Shown in pieces: positions 1 through 8,740 of a stretch of 64,000 nucleotides of DNA. Within the stretch, counting starts at the first letter, position 1. Every line of letters starts with the position of its first letter. Source of the DNA: a virus; the IMG/VR virus record IMGVR_UViG_3300002462_000001, one strand, 5' to 3'. The notes under the pieces were generated by a model, which saw only the letters and a program-made list of their open reading frames with translations, did no database searches and was not told the origin of the DNA. The translations under genes were made by a program, and so were the position numbers.

Positions 1-2389
1 CATCGCCAGCTTCGACTGTATCGCCCACCTTTACCTTGAGACTATGACTGTGAGGTACAATGTGCTCCTGACCATTAATAGTGACTATCTGATTCCCTAA
101 TTCGTCTGACTTGATCGACGTAACCTTACCGTCATCCTGAGCATGCTCGGCACCCTCCCAATGCTTCGGCGATTGAAGCATGTTGTTGATCGCTTTAAAA
201 CCTAATACGCCTTTTGACGTACCCCCATAAACACCGCCACTGTTATGCGTAATCAAACCGTTAGCCAATACGTAGCAATGTGTGTGATTATCAATTTCGA
301 TATCATACACGCGTAATGCACCCACTGGCTTTGATTCTACAAGCCTATAAATACGCTTATTGCTAGACATTTTAACCGACGCATCCGAAATAAACGTCTT
401 CAACTTTTCACGCTTCACACCATATAAAGGTATCTCATTGTAAAACACTGCAATGTCTTTCTGTTTACGAATATAAATAGAATAAAACGTGCGTTTTCCA
501 CCTGAATTAGTCTCGTAAACTTTACTGCTATGAATACCAAAACGCAACTCTAGCAACTTACGCACCTGTCGGACCATCTGCTCAGATGTCGAACCAAAAG
601 ATAACTCTAAATTCTTTGACTTAGTAACACAGACACAACCATCAGTTACCCACAAACCGCCTATAAGAGCAGCTATGGATCTTTTGTCCCACTCACTAAC
701 ACACTCTGGTATAAATTTTTCATATGACTTCGCACCATATAACCGCAACTCCTTTAACCATGCTCTTATCGGGTTACGCTCGGATGACACAACTTGACCA
801 GTTTGTGGGCACCGATCCGTAATACTGTTAAATAAACGTGAAATGCGATAATACCCGTAATGATCAGTTAGCTCCGTGATTTTCATGCCCAGCGTATACA
901 TATAAGCTTGTAACTGAGGAACCAAAGTATCATCATGGCACGAAAAATATACGCCGTTAACACTTCGAACAAAGCAACCGTCACCCAGCAGTAAACCTAA
1001 CAATAACGCTCTTGGCTCATTAATTCCTACAAAATCCGATACGCCATCAACCGACAATACAGAGTATTCATCGCAAGGCAGGCCGATACACAAAGACTTA
1101 TTACGAACGTAATCTTTATTGGATTTTTTCGAATAACGTGCAATACGGGCATAAAAACGGTGCTGATCTGTACAGACAGCTCTGACAGTTTGCTGCGTCT
1201 TATCTACCTGAAAAATATACTCATTACAATCTTGAACACCGTTATCAAAAACACTCTTTACTAATGCAGGTTTTGCAATACGGTACTGTGTAATACCTAA
1301 AACATAATCACCTGGCTTAATTTGCTCTATAGGTTTTTCAGAGAAATCTGCCATTCTAACTAAAGTACCTTCAGCTAGGCAGTGCTTGGACGAAAGTAAA
1401 GACTGACTAATAGGCTCTGATAACGCCTGTGCTGCTGTCATAGATGGGTTCTCCCCTGACACATACAGCCTACCGCGCTCTCCCATACCTACGTCTTTTG
1501 CATACAGCGAACCATCTCCAGGTCCACCTACCATAGGCGACCGAACAAGAATATCTTTGACTTTCTTTCGCTGTAAATCCTTCAGTACAGAATCCGTTAT
1601 AAGAGTATTCCTCTTATAGCCGCCAACATCATGTGCAAGATAACGACCTATGTTATCGTTGTCGTCTGTTTCAGACGGCAATCCTAAATTAGCCTTTAAT
1701 TTATAGTCGGCAGGATAATCATCACCGGAAATAACACCTCGGTGTGCAACTTGAGCCAGCTGCTTACTCATGAAGCCGCCATCACTTACAGCGAGTTTGA
1801 CATCCACTACACCACGACGCGCACCAAACGAACCAGCCCAATACTCAAATGGATTAAGACCCTCAGAGTAGTTATGTAATACAGGAAACGGTATAGGTCT
1901 ATCATTACCGCCCTCATACAAACCATCAAAACCCACACCCGCTGACAATGCAATAGGATTTCCTTTTGCACCTGACCTAATCATTAACGCAGCCGGATGC
2001 TCATCGTCAGTTAATTTTTCATATAACTCCTCACGCATCTTCTCAGTCGCAGACATCGTAACATCCATCACCATGTCATCCTTCTGCTGCGGAGTCAAAT
2101 CATCATTATCGTAGATCGACTTAAGTTTGGCCTGTAATTTTGCGCGGTGCTTCTTAGTTATTTCAGGTGTTGCCAGTAAATCACTAGCTAAACTATATCC
2201 GCCTGAACGCTGTGCAAACTGTGCGCCCATACGACCCAACTTACCAAGTATCTCCTGATACTTGTCAGGGTCATTGTTTGCAATGTCAGATAATAACTTC
2301 TTCAATCCTTTCTTATCAAGTACCCGGCTGGGGTCACGATAAGCCGGCGGAAGTTCACTGTTTATTAAGATAGATCCTACTGTTGCCAT
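1..2389 (-). CDS. rpoC: RNA polymerase beta' subunit, C-terminal half (RpoC2-like), intein-containing; runs off the window start
   Basis: Hand-translated (absent from ORF track): MATVGSILINSELPP...GLNPFEYWAGSFGARRGVVDVKLAVSDGGFMSKQLAQVAHRG (bridge helix) ...TAAQALSEPISQSLLSSKH|intein|SGGVYGG (trigger loop, cf. [21 protein letters not shown]). Confidence 0.93.
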   Translation of the reverse strand, partial: MATVGSILINSELPPAYRDPSRVLDKKGLKKLLSDIANNDPDKYQEILGKLGRMGAQFAQRSGGYSLASDLLATPEITKKHRAKLQAKLKSIYDNDDLTPQQKDDMVMDVTMSATEKMREELYEKLTDDEHPAALMIRSGAKGNPIALSAGVGFDGLYEGGNDRPIPFPVLHNYSEGLNPFEYWAGSFGARRGVVDVKLAVSDGGFMSKQLAQVAHRGVISGDDYPADYKLKANLGLPSETDDNDNIGRYLAHDVGGYKRNTLITDSVLKDLQRKKVKDILVRSPMVGGPGDGSLYAKDVGMGERGRLYVSGENPSMTAAQALSEPISQSLLSSKHCLAEGTLVRMADFSEKPIEQIKPGDYVLGITQYRIAKPALVKSVFDNGVQDCNEYIFQVDKTQQTVRAVCTDQHRFYARIARYSKKSNKDYVRNKSLCIGLPCDEYSVLSVDGVSDFVGINEPRALLLGLLLGDGCFVRSVNGVYFSCHDDTLVPQLQAYMYTLGMKITELTDHYGYYRISRLFNSITDRCPQTGQVVSSERNPIRAWLKELRLYGAKSYEKFIPECVSEWDKRSIAALIGGLWVTDGCVCVTKSKNLELSFGSTSEQMVRQVRKLLELRFGIHSSKVYETNSGGKRTFYSIYIRKQKDIAVFYNEIPLYGVKREKLKTFISDASVKMSSNKRIYRLVESKPVGALRVYDIEIDNHTHCYVLANGLITHNSGGVYGGTSKGVLGFKAINNMLQSPKHWEGAEHAQDDGKVTSIKSDELGNQIVTINGQEHIVPHSHSLKVKVGDTVEAGD
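242..1381 (-). mobile_element. LAGLIDADG-type intein (380 aa) in the beta' trigger loop
   Basis: Starts CLAEGTLVRMAD, ends CYVLANGLITHN followed by +1 Ser; blocks LLLGLLLGDGC and LIGGLWVTDGC; in frame with ATG 2389. Confidence 0.93.
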
Positions 2390-2396
2390 GAATTTT

Positions 2397-2433
2397 ATTA
2401 TAGCCAGAATCGGTCTGACCATTGTGCTATAAT
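2397..2433. promoter_or_regulatory. Back-to-back -10 promoter pair ATTATAGC-N21-GCTATAAT (copy 1)
   Basis: Each TATAAT lies 7 nt from an ATG (2389 minus, 2441 plus). Confidence 0.75.
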
Positions 2434-2474
2434 TGAGATTATGAATGCATAGCGTAGTTTAATTGAAATTAATC

Positions 2475-3545
2475 ATGAAATTGAGATTTGGAAAATTTGC
2501 CGCCGACAAAAAAGCAAACAGAATGGGCCAGATGTTCAAGGTTCTCTCAAACAGTGGACCAAAAGGCATCGAAAAAGCTCAGCGGATGTACAAACAGCTG
2601 TCAGGCGGTAGAAACGTTCCTGACGTGGACTTCCGCCCAAACCACTTCCGGGACGTTCTCATAAATCAAAACAAAGGGAACATTCCAGCTACCGGGAATG
2701 TGTCAGCGTGGCACTTCATGGATGCTCCGGCAAATCATGCCAGGCATTTAGCGTCCGGTAGAGGACTTCTTGGCGACATTCAATATAACCGCGTACACTC
2801 ACCCGAAGTGCAGAAAGCCTACCAATACGCCAAAAGCAACCCAGAAATCTCTCGATTTATTCCACTACCCAAAAACAAACCAATTACACTAGAAACCGGC
2901 AGTCCACGCAGAGGATTCCCGGAAACGGAAACAACTGTTCAACGAGGTATTTTTCGTAGAACTGACGGCGCAGAACATAATGTTCCCGCGCCCGGCGAAA
3001 TGAGAACAATGCTTGTCGCTAAAAATCAACCCACGCAACAAACGCTACCGCTAATACCGCATGAACTGCCACACACCGGTACAAGAGTTAGAGCACGATT
3101 AGCGAGCGTTGAAGAACCTGATATCGGCACTCACTTACTAGGCCTGAACAAATCAGTTAAAGTCACACATCATCAAGATGACTTACCGCTATTTAACCGA
3201 CTCCAAAATAGAGCAGCAGAGTTAGATGCTAACGCCAAAGCTTACAAATATGCCCCAGAGTGGGGTAAAGCCAAAATACCGGGCATTACACGCAAATCTG
3301 TACAAGATGCGGCGGCTAAATCTATGCTTGACAAAGATACAGGATACTTTGGCGCTGAACAATTAAACATACTATCAGCACAAATTCAACGCGATAGAAT
3401 ATCAAAAGTCGAAGCAAATCAACTGACTAAAATATTCACTGATTTACTGCAGCAATACCCGCACTTGCCAATACAAGATCGAATAGCGGTAAATAAACTG
3501 CTTAAAATGATTGAACAAGCTAAAAAAAGGACTATGTTTACATAG
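2475..3545 (+). CDS. Hypothetical ~355 aa cassette cargo protein A (MKLRFGKFAAD leader; weak HELPH motif)
   Basis: Long ORF against the prevailing strand; ATG 2475 preferred over TTG 2463. Confidence 0.75.
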   Translation: MKLRFGKFAADKKANRMGQMFKVLSNSGPKGIEKAQRMYKQLSGGRNVPDVDFRPNHFRDVLINQNKGNIPATGNVSAWHFMDAPANHARHLASGRGLLGDIQYNRVHSPEVQKAYQYAKSNPEISRFIPLPKNKPITLETGSPRRGFPETETTVQRGIFRRTDGAEHNVPAPGEMRTMLVAKNQPTQQTLPLIPHELPHTGTRVRARLASVEEPDIGTHLLGLNKSVKVTHHQDDLPLFNRLQNRAAELDANAKAYKYAPEWGKAKIPGITRKSVQDAAAKSMLDKDTGYFGAEQLNILSAQIQRDRISKVEANQLTKIFTDLLQQYPHLPIQDRIAVNKLLKMIEQAKKRTMFT

Positions 3546-3580
3546 CCCCATACGTCGTATTAATCGACAAGGCTTAAAGA

Positions 3581-3823
3581 TTAATCAGATTGATTAACGG
3601 CCGTTTTACTGGACAGTTTATATAACTGCTGAAACACCCACTTTGGCCACGGCTCTACTCGCGGACGAAATAAAAAACCATCAGTGAGAACATCCCACAC
3701 AAGCGGGGTATCAGTTCCAGAGATATAACCCTGCGGAGCAGCAGCTTCTACAGCAGCTAGCAATTCGTCCTTATTCTCCAACGTAATCTCCTGCGGCTCA
3801 GGAACAGGCGGTAATTTTTCCAT
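3581..3823 (-). CDS. Small hypothetical protein (80 aa) under repeated sigma70/GGA-hairpin leader
   Basis: ORF with SD AAGGGAG and conserved upstream module. Confidence 0.75.
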   Translation of the reverse strand: MEKLPPVPEPQEITLENKDELLAAVEAAAPQGYISGTDTPLVWDVLTDGFLFRPRVEPWPKWVFQQLYKLSSKTAVNQSD

Positions 3824-3904
3824 TTCACATCTCCCTTGTTAAAAGTTGAAATTCCATTCAACAATATCTACCGCAAATTTAACAGGTTTTTAGAGGTTTG
3901 TCAA
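3821..3904 (-). promoter_or_regulatory. Sigma70 promoter + GGA stem-loop + SD module, copy 1
   Basis: TTGACA(3899-3904)-17 bp-TAAATT(3876-3881); hairpin GTTGAA-TGGAAT-TTCAAC (3845-3862). Confidence 0.85.
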
Positions 3905-4365
3905 CCGCGAAGCCAGTGACCTTTGTGCCGCGCGTAAATCAATGTACCTCTTAGCGGAACACTCACAAACGCTTCCGAGATAATGATCGACACATCATAT
4001 ACGAACGCATTCGTTTTACCTACGCGTGTGATGTTTACACGATTCACTTTCGATTTTGGATGAACCAGCACGTGACATAACTGCTCACGCAATTTATCGG
4101 CATCAGTTACTTCATCTTCAGGAGGACCGCCAAGGTTAATTTTCATAGTCACCTCCATGTCTCCGTTAGACATCTGGAAAAAATCAAGATCTACAATATA
4201 GCCGGTAGATACAGCAGAATTAACAACGTTACACCAACGCACCTGCTCCCAGTCTGTTAACCGGTCCGGTTCGGGCTCAGATAACATTTCTGCTGAATAT
4301 AACAAGGGCGTACTCAGCCCCACAACCGACAATACCGTAGCTTTTAGAAAATCTCTTCGTTTCAT
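3901..4365 (-). CDS. Hypothetical protein with twin-arginine (Tat)-like signal
   Basis: N-terminus MKRRDFLKATVLSVVGL. Confidence 0.7.
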   Translation of the reverse strand: MKRRDFLKATVLSVVGLSTPLLYSAEMLSEPEPDRLTDWEQVRWCNVVNSAVSTGYIVDLDFFQMSNGDMEVTMKINLGGPPEDEVTDADKLREQLCHVLVHPKSKVNRVNITRVGKTNAFVYDVSIIISEAFVSVPLRGTLIYARHKGHWLRG

Positions 4366-4399
4366 AAGGTTTTATTAAAAATGTGCCGATGGCTTATCT

Positions 4400-4612
4400 A
4401 TGACAGCCATTATAGACGATTACTGGGTGTGCGCAAGATGCGGGCACAAAGTCCGAAAAAATAACGCACCGGCTAAATGCCTTGTTACCTATTTGGATGC
4501 GCAAGGAAACGAACACACGGAAATGTTAACGCCTTGCCTGCACAAGGGATGCCATCATGCACTGGAATTGCCAAGAAACTACTTCACCACAACTATCCAG
4601 ATTAACGGCTAA
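4400..4612 (+). CDS. Small Zn-finger-like hypothetical protein
   Basis: CARCG...C...CLHKGC pattern. Confidence 0.5.
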   Translation: MTAIIDDYWVCARCGHKVRKNNAPAKCLVTYLDAQGNEHTEMLTPCLHKGCHHALELPRNYFTTTIQING

Positions 4613-4620
4613 CCGCTAAA

Positions 4621-4863
4621 TCACCGCAGGCCATAATACCGGGATAAATCATTACCAAAAAGCCCAATACTGTTTGGCTTCGATATTGCCGGGTTTGATG
4701 CCGGCTGCTGCGGCATTTGCCTGGTTTGCTGTGCAGCCGCTTGCTGCGCTTGCCGCTGTGCTTGCTGAGTTGCCCGTATATCTGGATTTCCACGCCACGA
4801 TCCAGCCGCTGGAATCTGAGCAAATTTAACCGGAGAGGATTTACTGTTGAATGAAAGCTTCAT
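4621..4863 (-). CDS. Small Gln/Ala-rich protein with MKLxF..KFA leader
   Basis: ORF; N-terminus resembles cargo A; upstream TGGTAAAAT -10. Confidence 0.6.
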   Translation of the reverse strand: MKLSFNSKSSPVKFAQIPAAGSWRGNPDIRATQQAQRQAQQAAAQQTRQMPQQPASNPAISKPNSIGLFGNDLSRYYGLR

Positions 4864-4911
4864 GATTTTTAGTGAAAGTTAACTATGATAGTTATTTTAC
4901 CACACTACGAC

Positions 4912-5129
4912 GTGATACTCTTCAGGCTAAAGCCTGAAGCTTCTCTAAATTAGAGAATTATTCTCGCTTCATCAACTTTGCTACCCACATAATGGACATA
5001 GTCTTACTAAGTCTCCACGAATGTTGGTATCCCAACAACTGTTATTGTACCAAAGGTACTTTAACAATAAAAACCAAAATCGCACCTTATATCCTACGCC
5101 CTAAAGGGCGAGGGTTTACGGTGCTTTTG
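4912..5129 (-). mobile_element. Non-autonomous IS200/IS605 (IS1341-like) mini-element: left end + reRNA scaffold + right end, no ORF
   Basis: Left end CAAAAGCACCGTAAA..CGCCCTTTAGGGCG..GATATAAGGTGCG shared with the tnpB element at ~30228-30276; scaffold-like GGAGACTTAGTAAGAC..GATGAAGCGAGAA; right-end hairpin CTTCAGGC-TTTA-GCCTGAAG ending TATCAC. Confidence 0.8.
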
Positions 5130-5138
5130 CTCATTTTC

Positions 5139-5693
5139 TTAAAAAACAACTTCAGCACAAAGAGGAAACATCAGGGCAATAATCAGTAAAATAACCGTAA
5201 CAATGATTCCTACTATGTTGACGAATCTGGCTGCCTTTTTGTTCGTAAAACTTAACAACAGTGAAGTTATCACATATAGCGGCGCCACAATAACCGCCGT
5301 CACAAACACCCAAGACAGATTACTACGGATGTCTGATGTAATCTCTGCAACAGACTCAACCGCACCTAACCCAAGCAACATTAAAACCATAGCAACAGGA
5401 AATCCAATAAGAGACCTCATCAGCACTTTTGTGACCTTACTCCAACCGGCTCTCTCAGAAATAGGTCTTTCTGTGTGCCCGGCTGTAACCCAACCGTAAC
5501 ACCAAACAACCACAGCAATCAAACCAACGCCTACAATTAGCGCTGATGCCGAAATCAATAAAGGACCATCGCCAGTGATCACCGCCAAAGGAAACACCAC
5601 TGCTACCGTAAATAACAAAGTACCATAACCAATACAGGCAAACAATTCACGGCACAACCACACAATACTCCACGGCTTTATTTTACCGTCCAT
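5139..5693 (-). CDS. Polytopic membrane protein
   Basis: Several hydrophobic segments; sigma70 promoter and SD upstream. Confidence 0.75.
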   Translation of the reverse strand: MDGKIKPWSIVWLCRELFACIGYGTLLFTVAVVFPLAVITGDGPLLISASALIVGVGLIAVVVWCYGWVTAGHTERPISERAGWSKVTKVLMRSLIGFPVAMVLMLLGLGAVESVAEITSDIRSNLSWVFVTAVIVAPLYVITSLLLSFTNKKAARFVNIVGIIVTVILLIIALMFPLCAEVVF

Positions 5694-5789
5694 AATACAC
5701 CCCCATCAGATAGGAACAGAACAATTTCCGTTCACTTTTATGTACCGCAAATCACCGTTAAATTTAACACCTGACTTGAAGGGTGTCAA
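5691..5789 (-). promoter_or_regulatory. Divergent 4th copy of the sigma70 + GGA-hairpin leader
   Basis: TTGACA(5784-5789)-17-TAAATT(5761-5766); shared TTTGCGGTA; hairpin GAAC-GGAAATT-GTTC (5719-5733). Confidence 0.65.
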
Positions 5790-6038
5790 TCACGTCTTGG
5801 ACGAACACTCCAATTTATAGACAAGCGCGTAATCACCAAGAGTAGCCCATCTCTTATGCGTAAGATCCTTATCCGGCAACCAGTCGCAGTAGACATAAAT
5901 GACCGGTTTGTTTCGTAACTCACCCACCTCCGTACGTACAAACCAATCAAAACCCAGCACATCAACTAACTCTTCAAATATCAGAGCTACACGCTGCGGA
6001 CTAACACCTGTCTTTCCTCTCTTTTTTTCCTTCTTCAC
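5790..6038 (-). CDS. Hypothetical protein
   Basis: ORF with upstream GGTATAAT (6070-6077). Confidence 0.55.
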   Translation of the reverse strand: MKKEKKRGKTGVSPQRVALIFEELVDVLGFDWFVRTEVGELRNKPVIYVYCDWLPDKDLTHKRWATLGDYALVYKLECSSKT

Positions 6039-6089
6039 TGTCCACCTTTTGGGCTAAAGTTTTGAAACCATTATACCGAAAAGCACTCA

Positions 6090-6578
6090 ATGGACGAAAA
6101 ATTTATTTTGAACGTTTTGGAGCAAATTCCAACAGGAAAAGAGGTCTCTCTTGAAGATTTGAACATCGAAGGTCTGACATCAAAAAACCTTTACGAACTG
6201 CACCAGGCCGGACTCCTAACATATAGATTTGAGTACCATCACTGCACAACTGCCGATGGCCTGAAAATGAGCGCAGAAGTCTATCGCCGAAACGTCACCG
6301 GTACCAGATGGATTCTGGATTGCAAATTGCAGATGTCTATGGCAGGGTTGACGGATCAGATTGTGCGCCTAACTCGCACTCTAGTCGGGCTAACCTGGCG
6401 TCTAACTGTTCTAACTGTAGCAATACTGATTCTAACAGTACTATCTCTGGCTTTGGCTTATTACACGACCTATCGGGAAAAAGTAAACATACAAGAGCAT
6501 CATCTGAAGGCGCTAGCAGTATCCATAGCGACACACCCAAACACGCACCCATCAAACCTCCAGACAATCTGTCAATAA
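6090..6578 (+). CDS. Hypothetical protein, winged-helix-like N-terminus plus C-terminal TM helix
   Basis: Hydrophobic LTVLTVAILILTVLSLALAYY preceded by coiled coil. Confidence 0.55.
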   Translation: MDEKFILNVLEQIPTGKEVSLEDLNIEGLTSKNLYELHQAGLLTYRFEYHHCTTADGLKMSAEVYRRNVTGTRWILDCKLQMSMAGLTDQIVRLTRTLVGLTWRLTVLTVAILILTVLSLALAYYTTYREKVNIQEHHLKALAVSIATHPNTHPSNLQTICQ

Positions 6579-6633
6579 AATATGACGGCTTATCATATGC
6601 AGTCGAATCCTTACGTTTAAAAAATTTAAACAT
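6337..6633 (-). CDS. Possible small membrane/coiled-coil protein, antisense-overlapping 6090-6578
   Basis: ATG 5 nt after the stop of the endonuclease gene; TM-like and heptad segments. Confidence 0.4.
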   Translation of the reverse strand: MFKFFKRKDSTAYDKPSYFIDRLSGGLMGACLGVSLWILLAPSDDALVCLLFPDRSCNKPKPEIVLLESVLLQLEQLDARLARLECELGAQSDPSTLP

Positions 6634-6637
6634 ACTG

Positions 6638-8686
6638 CTACTTTTTCAAAAGCTCATAACTTATCTTACCCGCATCATAAATACGATACCAACCAAGACA
6701 CTCAGTCATCTCCTTCTCAGTCCAATCTCTGGACTCAGGAGGTAAAAACTCTCCAAAATTTTGACGAATTTTTTTCTTTGTAAAATTAAAACGGTAGTAT
6801 CTACGACCAGTATCAAATCCGACGTGAACCATATCTGTCCAATACCAATAAGCCGGTTCTACAATACCATATGATTGAAAGCCGTGATTTAAATAAATGT
6901 TATTATTTGGGTCAACCCATCTTAAATCAGCATAACTGTATAGCCTGTTGGTCATTGTCAATAAATAATTAACCAGCTTAGTAAACGCACCTGGAACAGA
7001 TTTTGTAATATCTGTTGCGAATCTACTAATCTCCAGCCCTTCTTGCGGACTACTTCCCTCCCTTGATAGCTGAGATTTATTAACAGTGACTACGGCCACT
7101 GGCATATCCGCATAAAACAAACCAATATGCCGCCCGCGACAAAACCCCTGAATATGATTTTTAACCATAAATCCACGAGCTATGCTCGGCTCAACCGACT
7201 GAACTGCACACTTACGCGCGCCAACTACAGGTTTATCCGCCGAACCGCCAAAAATATGGCTCAACTTGTCAACTACAATATCTCTAGTAAACTCCCATTC
7301 GTCTTCAAATATCTGTATTAAACGAATTCCTGATTCCTGACAAGCTAGATACTTATTGTAATGATAATTTTGCTCCAATCGCGGACTACTGTGCCAAAAT
7401 AGCCCGTTAAATTCAATTGCTAATTTTTGTTCAGGATAATACAGATCTAATTCATGACCTTTTACAGCGTTTTTTATATTAGTATAATCTGTCGGAAAAA
7501 GAGAGCATAACTCTATTTCAGGTTGCGAACGAAAACGCTCAACATATTTATAAAAGTCTAACCTTTTGAGTAAAGCGCAAACATACGCATGTGAGTAATT
7601 AAGCATTTTGGCTACCTCAAACGAAGTAGGCTTTCTCTGCATTATCTCTTGAACACTTATTAAAAATCGCTCAAATAAATCTTCATCCTTTGTAACCAAT
7701 ATCTGCTGTTGACTTTTATCCTGCTGTTCATGGTGCTCAGCCCCATAACGCTCTAAACATGTTTGCCGAGCCTTACGGTTTACTGCTGGATTTAGTAATG
7801 AGCAACCAGCACCATAACGCTGCAAATTTGTCTGACGCACCTTTGACTTGATCGCACAACTTTGTGCGACATTCTCAACACCGTACCTTTCCTTGTTTGT
7901 TTGCTTACTTTTATCCTGAAATTCTTTTACTTGAAAAGCATTTTCAACACAGTAACGATGTAAATTTGTCTGCTTTATTTTATCCCTAATATCCGCACAG
8001 CGCATCGGATGATCAACACCATATTTTTTTTGAAATGTTTGTTTGATTTTTCTCTTTATGTGCGCAGACTGACAAATATGATCAACGCCATATCGTATTT
8101 GACACGTTTTTTTAGTCTTCTCTTTCATAATATCGGTTTGACAAAAATTCTCCTTTCCGTATTTTTTTAAACACGTTTTCCTACGTCCGGTCACAACCAA
8201 TTCACCGTCTTTAACTATACCGTGATATTTAGCACTTTTGCATACTGTTGACACTGATGTGTTAAGTATTGTTGCTACCTCACTAACAGATAGATTCTGA
8301 CGAATATAAAGATCATAAAGGTACTCTTTTGAAATAGCCTGGTAAAGTATTTCTTTTTTAATGTTGCGATATTCAAGCGCTCGCTGCACTACACAAGACG
8401 AAACACCCAATCGCTCTGCGATCTGCGCCTGCGATAAGTTTTCAGTAATATACAGATCATAGAGGTAATCCCTAGGTATTGTTTTATAAATAGCTGTATC
8501 CTTCTTCGAAATACCATGATAACAAAGAGCGGTCCTTAACACTTTACTTGAAATACCTAAATGCTTCAGGATTTGATTGCGTGGTAGACGTTGAGTTATG
8601 TACAGATCATACAAAAGATCTTTTGATACTGTCTTATACTTGGCCATAGCGTTTAACATACTGTGAAGTCTTTTTAAATTTTTCAA
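6638..8686 (-). CDS. Free-standing homing endonuclease, Hef/Vsr-like PD-(D/E)XK with repeated DNA-binding modules
   Basis: 3x YDLYI..LG.S..AL.YHGI HTH repeats, ~7x K.KQT..RYGV repeats, SQPEIEL..ELDLYYPEQKLAIEFNGLFWHS nuclease core, GNAT-like C-terminus. Confidence 0.8.
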   Translation of the reverse strand: MKNLKRLHSMLNAMAKYKTVSKDLLYDLYITQRLPRNQILKHLGISSKVLRTALCYHGISKKDTAIYKTIPRDYLYDLYITENLSQAQIAERLGVSSCVVQRALEYRNIKKEILYQAISKEYLYDLYIRQNLSVSEVATILNTSVSTVCKSAKYHGIVKDGELVVTGRRKTCLKKYGKENFCQTDIMKEKTKKTCQIRYGVDHICQSAHIKRKIKQTFQKKYGVDHPMRCADIRDKIKQTNLHRYCVENAFQVKEFQDKSKQTNKERYGVENVAQSCAIKSKVRQTNLQRYGAGCSLLNPAVNRKARQTCLERYGAEHHEQQDKSQQQILVTKDEDLFERFLISVQEIMQRKPTSFEVAKMLNYSHAYVCALLKRLDFYKYVERFRSQPEIELCSLFPTDYTNIKNAVKGHELDLYYPEQKLAIEFNGLFWHSSPRLEQNYHYNKYLACQESGIRLIQIFEDEWEFTRDIVVDKLSHIFGGSADKPVVGARKCAVQSVEPSIARGFMVKNHIQGFCRGRHIGLFYADMPVAVVTVNKSQLSREGSSPQEGLEISRFATDITKSVPGAFTKLVNYLLTMTNRLYSYADLRWVDPNNNIYLNHGFQSYGIVEPAYWYWTDMVHVGFDTGRRYYRFNFTKKKIRQNFGEFLPPESRDWTEKEMTECLGWYRIYDAGKISYELLKK

Positions 8687-8691
8687 AATAA

Positions 8692-8720
8692 ATTATACAG
8701 TACTACACAAGTAATGTCAA
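8692..8720 (-). promoter_or_regulatory. Consensus sigma70 promoter of the endonuclease gene
   Basis: TTGACA(8715-8720)-17 bp-TATAAT(8692-8697) with TG just upstream of -10. Confidence 0.85.
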
Positions 8721-8740
8721 GTAGCATTTTAGACCTTTTT

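Noticed and set aside
2441-2452. Stop-codon reassignment (TAG read-through after ATG AAT GCA)
   Set aside because: Read-through is out of frame with cargo A, and TAG, TGA and TAA all terminate well-defined genes such as polA.
2463-3545. Confident metalloprotease call for cargo A (HELPH)
   Set aside because: A proline inside the HExxH helix is atypical, so it is noted only as a weak motif.
4992-5189. 65 aa ORF ending ..LRPKGRGFT..
   Set aside because: Translation of the IS left-end hairpin, not a gene.
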